Origin: Aigarchaeota archaeon
GTDB lineage: Archaea; Thermoproteota; Nitrososphaeria_A; Caldarchaeales; Calditenuaceae
Reading direction: 5' to 3'
Length of the DNA: 32,000 nt
NCBI GenBank assembly: GCA_025059745.1
Contig: JANXDH010000004.1
Span: forward strand, 481,204 to 513,203
Below, piece after piece: positions 1 through 7,157 of the stretch. The stretch's first letter is position 1, and each line of letters opens with the position of its first letter. The notes under the pieces are model-generated. The model searched no databases, was not told the origin of the DNA, and worked only from the letters and a program-made list of their open reading frames with translations. Both the position numbers and the translations under genes were made by a program.

Positions 1-116
1 AACGACCTGATCAGGGTCTTGTGTATAGCCACCTCTCCGTCCAGTTCCCCCCTGTTCACGAGATCCGTGGCGAGCCCAGAGGAGACGATCAGGCCGTCTA
101 GCAGGTAAACTACCAC
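1..116 (-). CDS. hypothetical protein, N-terminal fragment (gene runs off the window start)
   Basis: The minus-strand frame is open from GTG (complement of 114-116) to the window edge (VVVYLLDGLIVSSGLATDLVNRGELDGEVAIHKTLIRS...). It is GC3-rich like neighbouring genes. A TATA-like TTAATTATAA (complement of 136-145) lies about 24 nt upstream. The fragment is too short to assign a family. Confidence 0.3.
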   Translation of the reverse strand, partial: MVVYLLDGLIVSSGLATDLVNRGELDGEVAIHKTLIRS

Positions 117-183
117 TATTTGTTTCCCTCTACCGTTATAATTAACTCAGGGGCTTATTATTCAACCTGAACCCCTTATATAG

Positions 184-1548
184 TTAGAGGGTTAAAGGCA
201 CTCCCAGTAGAATCTCGAGCGGTCTCGCTATCAAGTAGCCGAAAGCGAGGATGGCACCCGTCCCTATCGTCAGGTTGATGTTCCCTCCGAGGTACGGTAT
301 CATGTTGTACGTCTGATTGTAAGTCACTTTTACGCCCCGATAAACCCTTGCCGCATAGGGCACGGTCAGGAGAGCCAAGAGCACGGTGAGCGGTGCGATG
401 CCCGTCAAAGCGTAAGCAACGATGAGGCCGTAAGTGGTCGCGAGCATCAACCTGTACATAGACATGACGGTCTCCCTCCTCAACCTCACGACCAGAGTCC
501 TCTTGTGCGCCGCGGCGTCGTACGGGGAGTCGGGGATCTCGTTCACGTAGAGTATCAACATTATCAGTAACCCAACGGGTATCGAGACTAGTACGGGTTC
601 TAAGGCGAACTGCTGCGTCTGTACGAAATAGCTTCCTATCACTATAACCGGTCCGAAGCCCAATGCGACCGCCAGCTCGCCGAGGCCTCTGTAGGCCAGC
701 TTGATCGGTGGCGCGGTATAGAAGTATATGAGGAAGAACCCCAGCGCGACCAGACTCGAGATTTGGAAGACTCCCCTCAGGACGGCTAAGTAGGCCCCTA
801 TGCCGAGTGTGATCCCTGAGAAGACCGCTATCAATAAAGTCAGTCGCCCGGTAGTCACGAGGCCGTATATCAGTGACCTCGATCCACCGCTGAAGGGTGT
901 GGGTGCTACGTTCATGACGTCCGCGCCGAGCTTGGTATCGAAGTAATCATTTATCATGTTCAGCGCTATGTGGGCAGAGGCTATCCCTATCATAGTGAGC
1001 GCGAAGATCAGGGCGTCGAAGTATCCTTGGTAGAAGGCCACCGACGCACCCGCGAGGACGCTGATCACGGACGCCAGCAGGAATGGCAACCTGGTGATCC
1101 TGATGAACGTATTTATCGCGCCCAACTTGGGCCTGAAGGTGCTGCCCAGCTCGAGCCCCCTCCTCTTCAGGTATTTTTTGGCGTTGTTTACCGTCAGCTC
1201 GCAGTACTGGAAGAAGGGTATCTTCCCCTCATCCCACCCATACCTCCTGTAGGGGGTCGCTATCAACTCTCCCCCCTCCGACCTGATCTCACACCTGTAG
1301 GCTAGGTACCTCCGCTCCGTATAACCGCCGATCGGTAGGGGGGTGATGTGGTTGAAGATGATGGTGAATTTCCTCCCTACGACCTCTCTCGGGTCGACGC
1401 CCCTCGGTAGCTTCACCCTGAATTCGTTCGGGGCCTTCACCTCGACCTCAATGGGGACTGATACGGGGTTACCCTCTTTATCTACGTACGACCCGCTCAC
1501 CTCCGTGAACCTAGACAACTCCTTAGGATCGATCTCGATGCTTCCCAT
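184..1548 (-). CDS. UbiA-superfamily membrane prenyltransferase, MenA-like (1,4-dihydroxy-2-naphthoate polyprenyltransferase-like), with an extra ~145-aa N-terminal soluble domain
   Basis: 454-aa ORF. The C-terminal ~300 aa is a run of hydrophobic helices carrying both Asp-rich UbiA motifs in MenA-like form (MINDYFDTKLGAD and YVNEIPDSPYDAAAHKRTLVVRL). Residues 1 to ~145 are hydrophilic and I cannot assign them to a family. Confidence 0.85.
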   Translation of the reverse strand: MGSIEIDPKELSRFTEVSGSYVDKEGNPVSVPIEVEVKAPNEFRVKLPRGVDPREVVGRKFTIIFNHITPLPIGGYTERRYLAYRCEIRSEGGELIATPYRRYGWDEGKIPFFQYCELTVNNAKKYLKRRGLELGSTFRPKLGAINTFIRITRLPFLLASVISVLAGASVAFYQGYFDALIFALTMIGIASAHIALNMINDYFDTKLGADVMNVAPTPFSGGSRSLIYGLVTTGRLTLLIAVFSGITLGIGAYLAVLRGVFQISSLVALGFFLIYFYTAPPIKLAYRGLGELAVALGFGPVIVIGSYFVQTQQFALEPVLVSIPVGLLIMLILYVNEIPDSPYDAAAHKRTLVVRLRRETVMSMYRLMLATTYGLIVAYALTGIAPLTVLLALLTVPYAARVYRGVKVTYNQTYNMIPYLGGNINLTIGTGAILAFGYLIARPLEILLGVPLTL

Positions 1549-2115
1549 CTAACTCACCCTTATAGTGACAGGGGGTCTAGATAGGTCTCCATCGACCCAT
1601 ACCACGTACTCCCTCGGCGTGATCTCGATGACGGCCCTCTCCCAGAAGAGGGGGAGGGCAACCCTCCTCTTCAGGTAAGCGTCGATGTAAGGCTCCTTCT
1701 CCCTCCACAGCGGCAGCAACCTCATCCACCTCTCCGAGAACTCTTCATCCTCGACCCTAGCGGAGCCCTTAAGCGTCACCGCGTGGTACTTCTCTGCTTT
1801 CACGAACGACCTACCCTGAAATAGGACAGAGACGTTTCCGTTCCTCTTAATGTCCTCCAGTTTCTTGCTGAAGAGCACGCTTGATGTGAAGTAGAGCCTC
1901 TTCAACTCCTTATCGTAAAGGGGAAGCATGGGGTGCGAGACCGGCTCGCCCTTCTCGTTAGTGAAGGTGAGGATGCAGACGAGGGACTGTCTCATGACCT
2001 CCTCTACCTCATCCATGAGTTCGGTCTGCTCCTTAAAATGCGGCATATACCTCAAGTCTTGTCGCGTTAACCGGTATTTATACGTAATACCGGGACAAAC
2101 CGGTCCCTTCATCAT
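1549..2115 (-). CDS. pyridoxamine 5'-phosphate oxidase-like (split beta-barrel) flavin/deazaflavin-binding protein
   Basis: 188-aa ORF. The pattern SLVCILTFTNEKGEPVSHPMLPLY...RLYFTSS...KLEDIKRNGNVSVLF is typical of the PNPOx-like fold. Its TAG stop directly abuts the ATG of the downstream prenyltransferase (TAGATG on the minus strand, 1546-1551). The start could also be M24. Confidence 0.7.
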   Translation of the reverse strand: MMKGPVCPGITYKYRLTRQDLRYMPHFKEQTELMDEVEEVMRQSLVCILTFTNEKGEPVSHPMLPLYDKELKRLYFTSSVLFSKKLEDIKRNGNVSVLFQGRSFVKAEKYHAVTLKGSARVEDEEFSERWMRLLPLWREKEPYIDAYLKRRVALPLFWERAVIEITPREYVVWVDGDLSRPPVTIRVS

Positions 2116-2142
2116 TCAAGTTCACTTTGCATCGACTCCCCT

Positions 2143-2170
2143 ACTTTCACCCCACTCACTCGATTTATTA
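2143..2170 (+). promoter_or_regulatory. promoter of the PolB2 operon: ACTTTCA - 13 nt (contains CCACTC) - TATA-like ATTTATTA
   Basis: ACTTTCA at 2143-2149, spacer CCCCACTCACTCG, ATTTATTA at 2163-2170, then ATG codons at 2183 and 2195. The same architecture occurs at 21930-21957 upstream of orc1/cdc6 (20 of 28 positions identical, same spacing). Confidence 0.55.
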
Positions 2171-2182
2171 GCTGAGAGGTAG

Positions 2183-2470
2183 ATGCGGTACCGGATGGGC
2201 CGTACGGTACCGACATACCACCAGAGACTGTCGAGGGAATGGGCTAGATTCTCTCAGTTCCGGAGGGCCCTCATGAAGGAAGAGAGGGAGGCCTTCGACT
2301 CACTGGTCTTACAGACCTATCGTCTCGTCCGCGCGGGGTCCATGTGTACGCGTTGTGAGACCTTCGACGCCATGGTCTTGTCCGTAATGATCTCTCAGGA
2401 GATGCGGCTGAAGAGATTGGAAGAGTTGCTCAGGAGGTCGATGTCGGTTGATACGAGGTCTTCTCCTTGA
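2183..2470 (+). CDS. hypothetical small basic, probably helical protein; first gene of the PolB2 operon
   Basis: 95-aa ORF with a protein-like, charged composition (…YHQRLSREWARFSQFRRALMKEEREAFDSLVLQTYRL…EMRLKRLEELLRR). It lies 13 nt downstream of the TATA-like box, so ATG 2195 (M5) may be the real leaderless start. Its 3' end overlaps the polymerase start by 23 nt. No family recognised. Confidence 0.55.
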   Translation: MRYRMGRTVPTYHQRLSREWARFSQFRRALMKEEREAFDSLVLQTYRLVRAGSMCTRCETFDAMVLSVMISQEMRLKRLEELLRRSMSVDTRSSP

Positions 2471-4571
2471 CCTCTCACCATCGGCTGACAGACGAGCGGT
2501 GGAGTTGTGGATCAAGACCATCGGCGGGATAGTGGAGCGAGTAGGGCTCCGGTGGTCTCCGAGGATTCACGTGATAGGCCCGCCCTCCGAGCTGAGGGCC
2601 GAGCTAACTACTAGGTATGCGATGGAGTTCGACAGGTTCCGTGACCCCTACTCCCCGCACAATAGACCGGTACTGACAGCGGTCATCGAGGCCGGGATCG
2701 GAAGGAAGAGGACGTTGGCAAGGGAGGTGATGAGCATCAGGGGACCGCTCTTCAAGGTCTACAACGTCGACGTACCAGATTTACAGGAGTTCCTCTACGA
2801 CCGCGAGATCTCTCCCACGATGTTACTGGAGGTCGATGAGCTCCGAGGGCGGATAGACCCTCTAGAACCGGTCAGCGAGCTGAACTACGACATCTCGTGG
2901 CTGAGGACGCTCTACGCTTCGATAGATCTGGAGGGCGAGGTGGGGAGGCCTTCGACGCCCGTCTCCTCAATAACGCTGTTGCTCGACGGTGAGGAGTTTA
3001 CCCTAGACGGCAACGAGGAGCACGTGATAAGGTCCTTCTCTGATGAGATCTCGAGAAGGGACCCGGACGTCCTGGTGATTGAGCGAGGTGACCTCCTGCT
3101 ACCCCACCTCTATCACCGTGCGATGATCAAAGGCCTTGCAATCAATCTGAGCAGGGGATCGGACGATCAGCGGCCATCGATGAACTCGTATAGGCTCAGG
3201 GGCAGGTTGCACATAGACCCCTCTAGGTCGCTGGTCTACAGCCATACGGGCCTGACGGGAGTGCTCGAGGTGGCCAGGACGTGCAAGATACCCATACAGG
3301 AGGCGGCTAGGTACAGCATAGGACAGTGCATGACCTCACTACAGTACTACGCTGCTTACAGGTCTAAGACTCTGATCCCTTGGAAACCGGAAGCGACGCT
3401 CTACATGAGGTGCGACGAGATAACGTTGGCAGATAGGGGAGGCCTCTCGTGCGCGGACAACATGGGCGTCTTCTGGAACGCCGCGGAGATAGACTTCCAG
3501 AGCCTCTATCCCTTACTGATGGTGAGACATAACATAAGTGGCGAGACGATCAACTGCGAGTGCTGTAAGGATAGAGGTTCGCGGATCCCTGAGCTGAATT
3601 ATCACGTCTGTAGGAGGAAACGCGGCGTCTCGTCAGAGGCCATAGCGTACGCTCTCGAACGGAGACTGTCCTACAAGTCGCTCTATAGATCCACGGGAGA
3701 CGTGACGTACAAGTTGAGGTCCGATGCCCTGAAGTGGATACTGGTCTCTGCCTTCGGGTACCTTGGGTTCAAGAAGGCAAAGTTCGGTAGCAGGCGCGCT
3801 CACTTCGCAGTATGCGCCCTCGCGCGGGACTCATTATTGAAAGCCGTCCGAGTCGCTGAGGATGACGGTTTCGAGGTACTATACGGCATTGTGGACGCAA
3901 TATGGGTCAGGCGCGATGGAGCCTCGTCGGAGGATTACGAAGCCTTGACGCGAAGGATCAGCGAGGTTACGGGGTTACCTACGAGTCTGGAGGGCGTTTA
4001 CCGGTGGATCGCGTTCCTACCCTCTAGGAGCGGGCATCCGAGGCCGGCTAGGGGGCGATACTTCGGTAGGTTTGTAGGAGGGGGGTTGAAGTACAGGGGC
4101 ATAATGACGAGGCGCAGTGACGTGCCGAACATAGTGAGGAGATTGCAGGGAGAACTCCTGAACGTCCTGGCCGAGGCCGAGTCACCTAACGAGATGAAGG
4201 AGGCGCTGAGGCGCTGTCGAGAGGTCGAACGGAGGTACGAGGCGCTCATCATCAGCGGAGGAGTGCCCTACGAGGACCTTTTGATAACCAAGTCCATCAC
4301 CAGACCCTTAAGGTCGTACGTTGTCAGACCACCCCACGTCAGGGCCGCGTTGATGATGGAGCGTAGAGGCATGAGGGTGGGCGATGAAGTGACCTATCTT
4401 GTTAGCGGCGGCGACCAGTACTTAGCGGTCCCTCACCCCTTCAACAACGGACCCCCCTTCTCGATCGGCTACTACCTGAGGCTTATACGCCTCGCTGCCA
4501 GTGAGGTCCTTCTGCCATTAGAGTCGGCGTTGGATGATAGATTAATTAGGTGCGGCACCAACATCACCTGA
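2448..4571 (+). CDS. polB2: family B DNA polymerase, PolB2 (Dpo2)-like, with degenerate exonuclease and motif C residues
   Basis: 707-aa ORF with a TTG start. Pol motif A is EIDFQSLYPLL (D349, nt 3492-3512). Motif B is KWILVSAFGY (K429). Motif C is YGIVDA (nt 3882-3899) instead of YGDTDS. ExoI-like IDLEGE is present at nt 2922-2939, but the ExoII region reads DPDVLVIERGDLLLPHLYHRA without the expected N...FD. Confidence 0.85.
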   Translation: MIRGLLLDLSPSADRRAVELWIKTIGGIVERVGLRWSPRIHVIGPPSELRAELTTRYAMEFDRFRDPYSPHNRPVLTAVIEAGIGRKRTLAREVMSIRGPLFKVYNVDVPDLQEFLYDREISPTMLLEVDELRGRIDPLEPVSELNYDISWLRTLYASIDLEGEVGRPSTPVSSITLLLDGEEFTLDGNEEHVIRSFSDEISRRDPDVLVIERGDLLLPHLYHRAMIKGLAINLSRGSDDQRPSMNSYRLRGRLHIDPSRSLVYSHTGLTGVLEVARTCKIPIQEAARYSIGQCMTSLQYYAAYRSKTLIPWKPEATLYMRCDEITLADRGGLSCADNMGVFWNAAEIDFQSLYPLLMVRHNISGETINCECCKDRGSRIPELNYHVCRRKRGVSSEAIAYALERRLSYKSLYRSTGDVTYKLRSDALKWILVSAFGYLGFKKAKFGSRRAHFAVCALARDSLLKAVRVAEDDGFEVLYGIVDAIWVRRDGASSEDYEALTRRISEVTGLPTSLEGVYRWIAFLPSRSGHPRPARGRYFGRFVGGGLKYRGIMTRRSDVPNIVRRLQGELLNVLAEAESPNEMKEALRRCREVERRYEALIISGGVPYEDLLITKSITRPLRSYVVRPPHVRAALMMERRGMRVGDEVTYLVSGGDQYLAVPHPFNNGPPFSIGYYLRLIRLAASEVLLPLESALDDRLIRCGTNIT

Positions 4572-4577
4572 ATCCAT

Positions 4578-4838
4578 TTGGTAGAAGATACTAGGAAGTT
4601 AACGAAGAAGGGCTATATTATGGAGTCGCCCGAGGGTGAACTACTTCTGGTGAACGACACAGGTGTGGCTTACAAGGTTAACGACTCAGTGGTCGCGGTC
4701 TGGAGCATCTTCGAGGACAAGACCGTCAACGAGGTCATCACCGAGTTATCCGAGCAACTCCAGGTCAGTCCCTCAGAGATCGATGACGCGGTCAAGAAGC
4801 TGGTCGATCAGTTGTTAGAGGCTGAGCTGGTAGGATAG
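4578..4838 (+). CDS. PqqD-family (RiPP-recognition-element-like) small protein
   Basis: 86-aa ORF whose TTG start is 7 nt after the polymerase stop. GELLLVNDTGVAYKVNDSVVAVWSIFEDKTVNEVITELSEQLQVSPSEIDDAVKKLVDQLLEAELV matches the characteristic PqqD pattern (beta strands, then LN-type motif, W, a helical region ending in a leucine-rich helix and hydrophobic tail). Confidence 0.7.
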   Translation: MVEDTRKLTKKGYIMESPEGELLLVNDTGVAYKVNDSVVAVWSIFEDKTVNEVITELSEQLQVSPSEIDDAVKKLVDQLLEAELVG

Positions 4839-4948
4839 CCCCCGAGCTGATTACATCGTTTTATTTCACTCTGACCTGAGGCGAGAGTTTATCCTCGATC
4901 TAACTCTAAACTTTATTTTTTACCAGCCCGATCGAGTTGTCGGGTGAC

Positions 4949-5021
4949 GCCCCGGTAGCTCAGTCGGCAGAGCACCGGCCTTGTAAGCCGGTGGTCGCGG
5001 GTTCGATCCCCGCCCGGGGCT
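4949..5021 (+). tRNA. tRNA-Thr (anticodon UGU), no intron, no encoded CCA
   Basis: The cloverleaf folds by hand: acceptor GCCCCGG/CCGGGGC, D arm GCTC..GAGC, anticodon arm CCGGC-CTTGTAA-GCCGG, T arm GCGGG-TTCGATC-CCCGC, discriminator T. A TATA-like CTTTATTTTTTA lies about 28 nt upstream. Confidence 0.93.
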
Positions 5022-5157
5022 TAAGCGATCGTTTCGGTTCAATCCACAATCGACGCGATTTCCTTACCCGATCGATAGGTGCTATACGCCTGAGAACTCG
5101 AACATCACCTCATCAAAGATTTAAGACAGAGCGCAGGGGACCATTAGAGGTAATTGG

Positions 5158-6513
5158 ATGGGAGGAGACCTCATAGTGAGGAACGGCGCCATAGTTAACC
5201 CGTGGGGTGTAGTGAACGCCGACGTTCTGATAGAGAACGGTAGAATCTCCGCGATAGGCAGAGGACTCAGGGCTGACGCTGAAGAGATCGATGCCAGCGG
5301 GATGTACGTCCTACCCGGTTTCGTCGACGAGCACGTTCACTTCAGGGAGCCGGGCCTCGAGTACAAGGAGGACTTTCTCACCGGATCGATGTCCTCCGTG
5401 TGCGGGGGCGTGACCACGGTCTGCGACATGCCGAACACCAACCCCTCCACCGATACCCCCGAGAGGTTGAGGGAAAAATACGCTCGAATCAGGGGCAGAT
5501 CGTACGCGGACTACGGCCTCTACGCTCTACTGACCGATCACTCTAAGGTACACGTGGAGGAGATGTTGAGCTGCGGCGCTATAGGTCTCAAGGCGTTCCT
5601 AGCTCCGAGCACTGGTGAGATCTCAAGCCCATCCGATGGGACACTGGTTGAGGCACTCGAACTGTCATCAAAGTTGGGGTTCACCGTAGCCCTCCACTGC
5701 GAGGACGGCGAGCTGGTAGATCACTTCATGAGCAAGCTACTCTCCCAAAGACCCCTGCGTCCGAGCGACTATTCTCTGGCCAGACCTATCATCTGTGAGA
5801 CCACCTCGATCATGAAGGTGAGCCACCTTGCGATCAAGACTGGAGGGAGAGCACTGATACTGCACGTGACATCGGGGGAATCGCTCACCATCATCAAAAG
5901 TTGTAAGCGCTCTAACAGAAACGTCTTCGCTGAGACTTGTCCGCACTACCTCTACCTGAGCGAGAGGGACTACGATCGTCTCGGTACGATGATCAAGGTG
6001 AACCCTCCAATAAGGAGTGAGAGAGACAGGAGAGCGCTATGGAGGGGTCTGATCCAAGGCATCATCGACACGATAGGTTCGGACCATGCACCCCACACCC
6101 TTGAGGAGAAGACAAGGGACGTTCTCGAGGCACCCCCCGGCATAGTGGGCGCGGAGACAATCGGCCCCCTTATGCTGGACGCAGCTATGAGGGGCATCGT
6201 CAGTATAGAGAAGGTCGCTGAGGTCCTGTCGACGAACCCCGCGAAGGCGTTATCAATCTTCCCGAAGAAGGGGGCCGTGAGCGTAGGCTCTGACGGTGAC
6301 CTAGTGGTGTTCGATCCGCATGCTGAGTTCGTGGTGAACGCTAAGAAACTTCACTCGAAGCAGAAGTTCACACCTTACGACATGATGAAGCTGATGGGTC
6401 GAATAAGGTATACTATATTGAGGGGTAACGTCGTCGTCAAAGATGGTGAACCGTTAGGACCGCCGACTGGAGAACGGTTAACTCTCAACCAACCTGGTGC
6501 GAATCAGGTTTAA
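5158..6513 (+). CDS. pyrC: dihydroorotase (amidohydrolase superfamily)
   Basis: 451-aa ORF with the metal-binding signature FVDEHVHFREPGLEYKEDF, then GGVTTVCDMPNTNP, and later HCED and GSDHAPH motifs typical of type I dihydroorotases. Allantoinase or hydantoinase is less likely but not excluded. Confidence 0.85.
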   Translation: MGGDLIVRNGAIVNPWGVVNADVLIENGRISAIGRGLRADAEEIDASGMYVLPGFVDEHVHFREPGLEYKEDFLTGSMSSVCGGVTTVCDMPNTNPSTDTPERLREKYARIRGRSYADYGLYALLTDHSKVHVEEMLSCGAIGLKAFLAPSTGEISSPSDGTLVEALELSSKLGFTVALHCEDGELVDHFMSKLLSQRPLRPSDYSLARPIICETTSIMKVSHLAIKTGGRALILHVTSGESLTIIKSCKRSNRNVFAETCPHYLYLSERDYDRLGTMIKVNPPIRSERDRRALWRGLIQGIIDTIGSDHAPHTLEEKTRDVLEAPPGIVGAETIGPLMLDAAMRGIVSIEKVAEVLSTNPAKALSIFPKKGAVSVGSDGDLVVFDPHAEFVVNAKKLHSKQKFTPYDMMKLMGRIRYTILRGNVVVKDGEPLGPPTGERLTLNQPGANQV

Positions 6514-6538
6514 TAGTCCCTTCTGATCGGGTAACTCG

Positions 6539-6644
6539 GGGCCCGTAGCTCAGATGGAAGAGCGGCGGGCTGTTAACCCGTAGGTCGTGAGCCAGTGAGG
6601 TTGTGTCCCTGGCCGATAAGGTTCGAGTCCCACCGGGCCCGCCA
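6539..6644 (+). tRNA. tRNA-Asn (anticodon GUU) with a 30-nt non-canonical intron in the T-stem (6590-6619); CCA encoded
   Basis: Acceptor GGGCCCG/CGGGCCC, D arm GCTC..GAGC, anticodon arm GCGGG-CTGTTAA-CCCGT. The T-stem 5' strand GTG|GG is interrupted and pairs with CCCAC after TTCGAGT. The BHB core fits exactly: helix GTCG(6584-6587)/CGAT(6614-6617), bulges TGA and AAG, inner helix GCCAG/CTGGC. Discriminator G plus CCA at 6641-6644. A TATA-like TTTAATAG at 6509-6516 overlaps the pyrC stop. Confidence 0.88.
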
Positions 6645-6981
6645 GAGGGGAGGTCCCCAGGCCCCAATAACGATGTCTTGGCAACCACTCTCTGTCATCT
6701 CAATTGAGTAGAGTTCTGTAATCGTCCTCTTCATTACGCCGACATGTAGGTCTCGAACGATTTATAGATGGATTGGGAACTCTGTCCAATCCCCTCCTGA
6801 GATCGATGCACCTGCAACGCCAGCAACCCCTGAATGTTATATGAACGTCAGTACCGAGAGTGTTACGCCGACCCTAGCGAAGCTCTCACCTAAGAGCACA
6901 GCGTGTTCTGTGCCCTGAGGACTCCTCCATTCGTGGATGGATGACCTCACCTCATGATAGCCGTTCCTCGTCAGATGGACG

Positions 6982-7070
6982 TGGGGCCGGTGGGATTTGA
7001 ACCCACGACATCCAGCGTTCTGAACCCAAGACCCCAGGCTGGCGTCCACTCCATGCTAGACCACGGCCCC
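6982..7070 (-). tRNA. tRNA-Pro (anticodon GGG) with a 14-nt intron at the canonical 37/38 position (7018-7031)
   Basis: The reverse complement folds with acceptor GGGGCCG/CGGCCCC, D stem GTCT/GGAC, anticodon stem CCAGC/GCTGG and T arm GTGGG-TTCAAAT-CCCAC. Between the anticodon stem strands lie 21 nt (CTGGGG + TCTTGGGTTCAGAA + C). BHB: central helix CTGG/TCAG, bulges GGT and AAC. A TGG anticodon would require a different, non-BHB excision. TATA-like TTAATAAA sits about 27 nt upstream on the minus strand. Confidence 0.85.
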
Positions 7071-7157
7071 TGGTGGTATCCGTCTCGCAGACGTTTATTA
7101 ACTGATCGTGAATTGCTGGCCGCACTAAGTGATTTATAGGCCGTTACATTATTCACG

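Noticed and set aside
4937-5176. 79-aa plus-strand ORF starting inside tRNA-Thr. Similar track ORFs are 6485-6688, 6837-7049, 6954-7139 and 6971-7237.
   Set aside because: All overlap tRNA genes or their flanks and have Arg/Ser/Pro-rich, non-protein-like composition. The tRNA cloverleaves explain the sequence.
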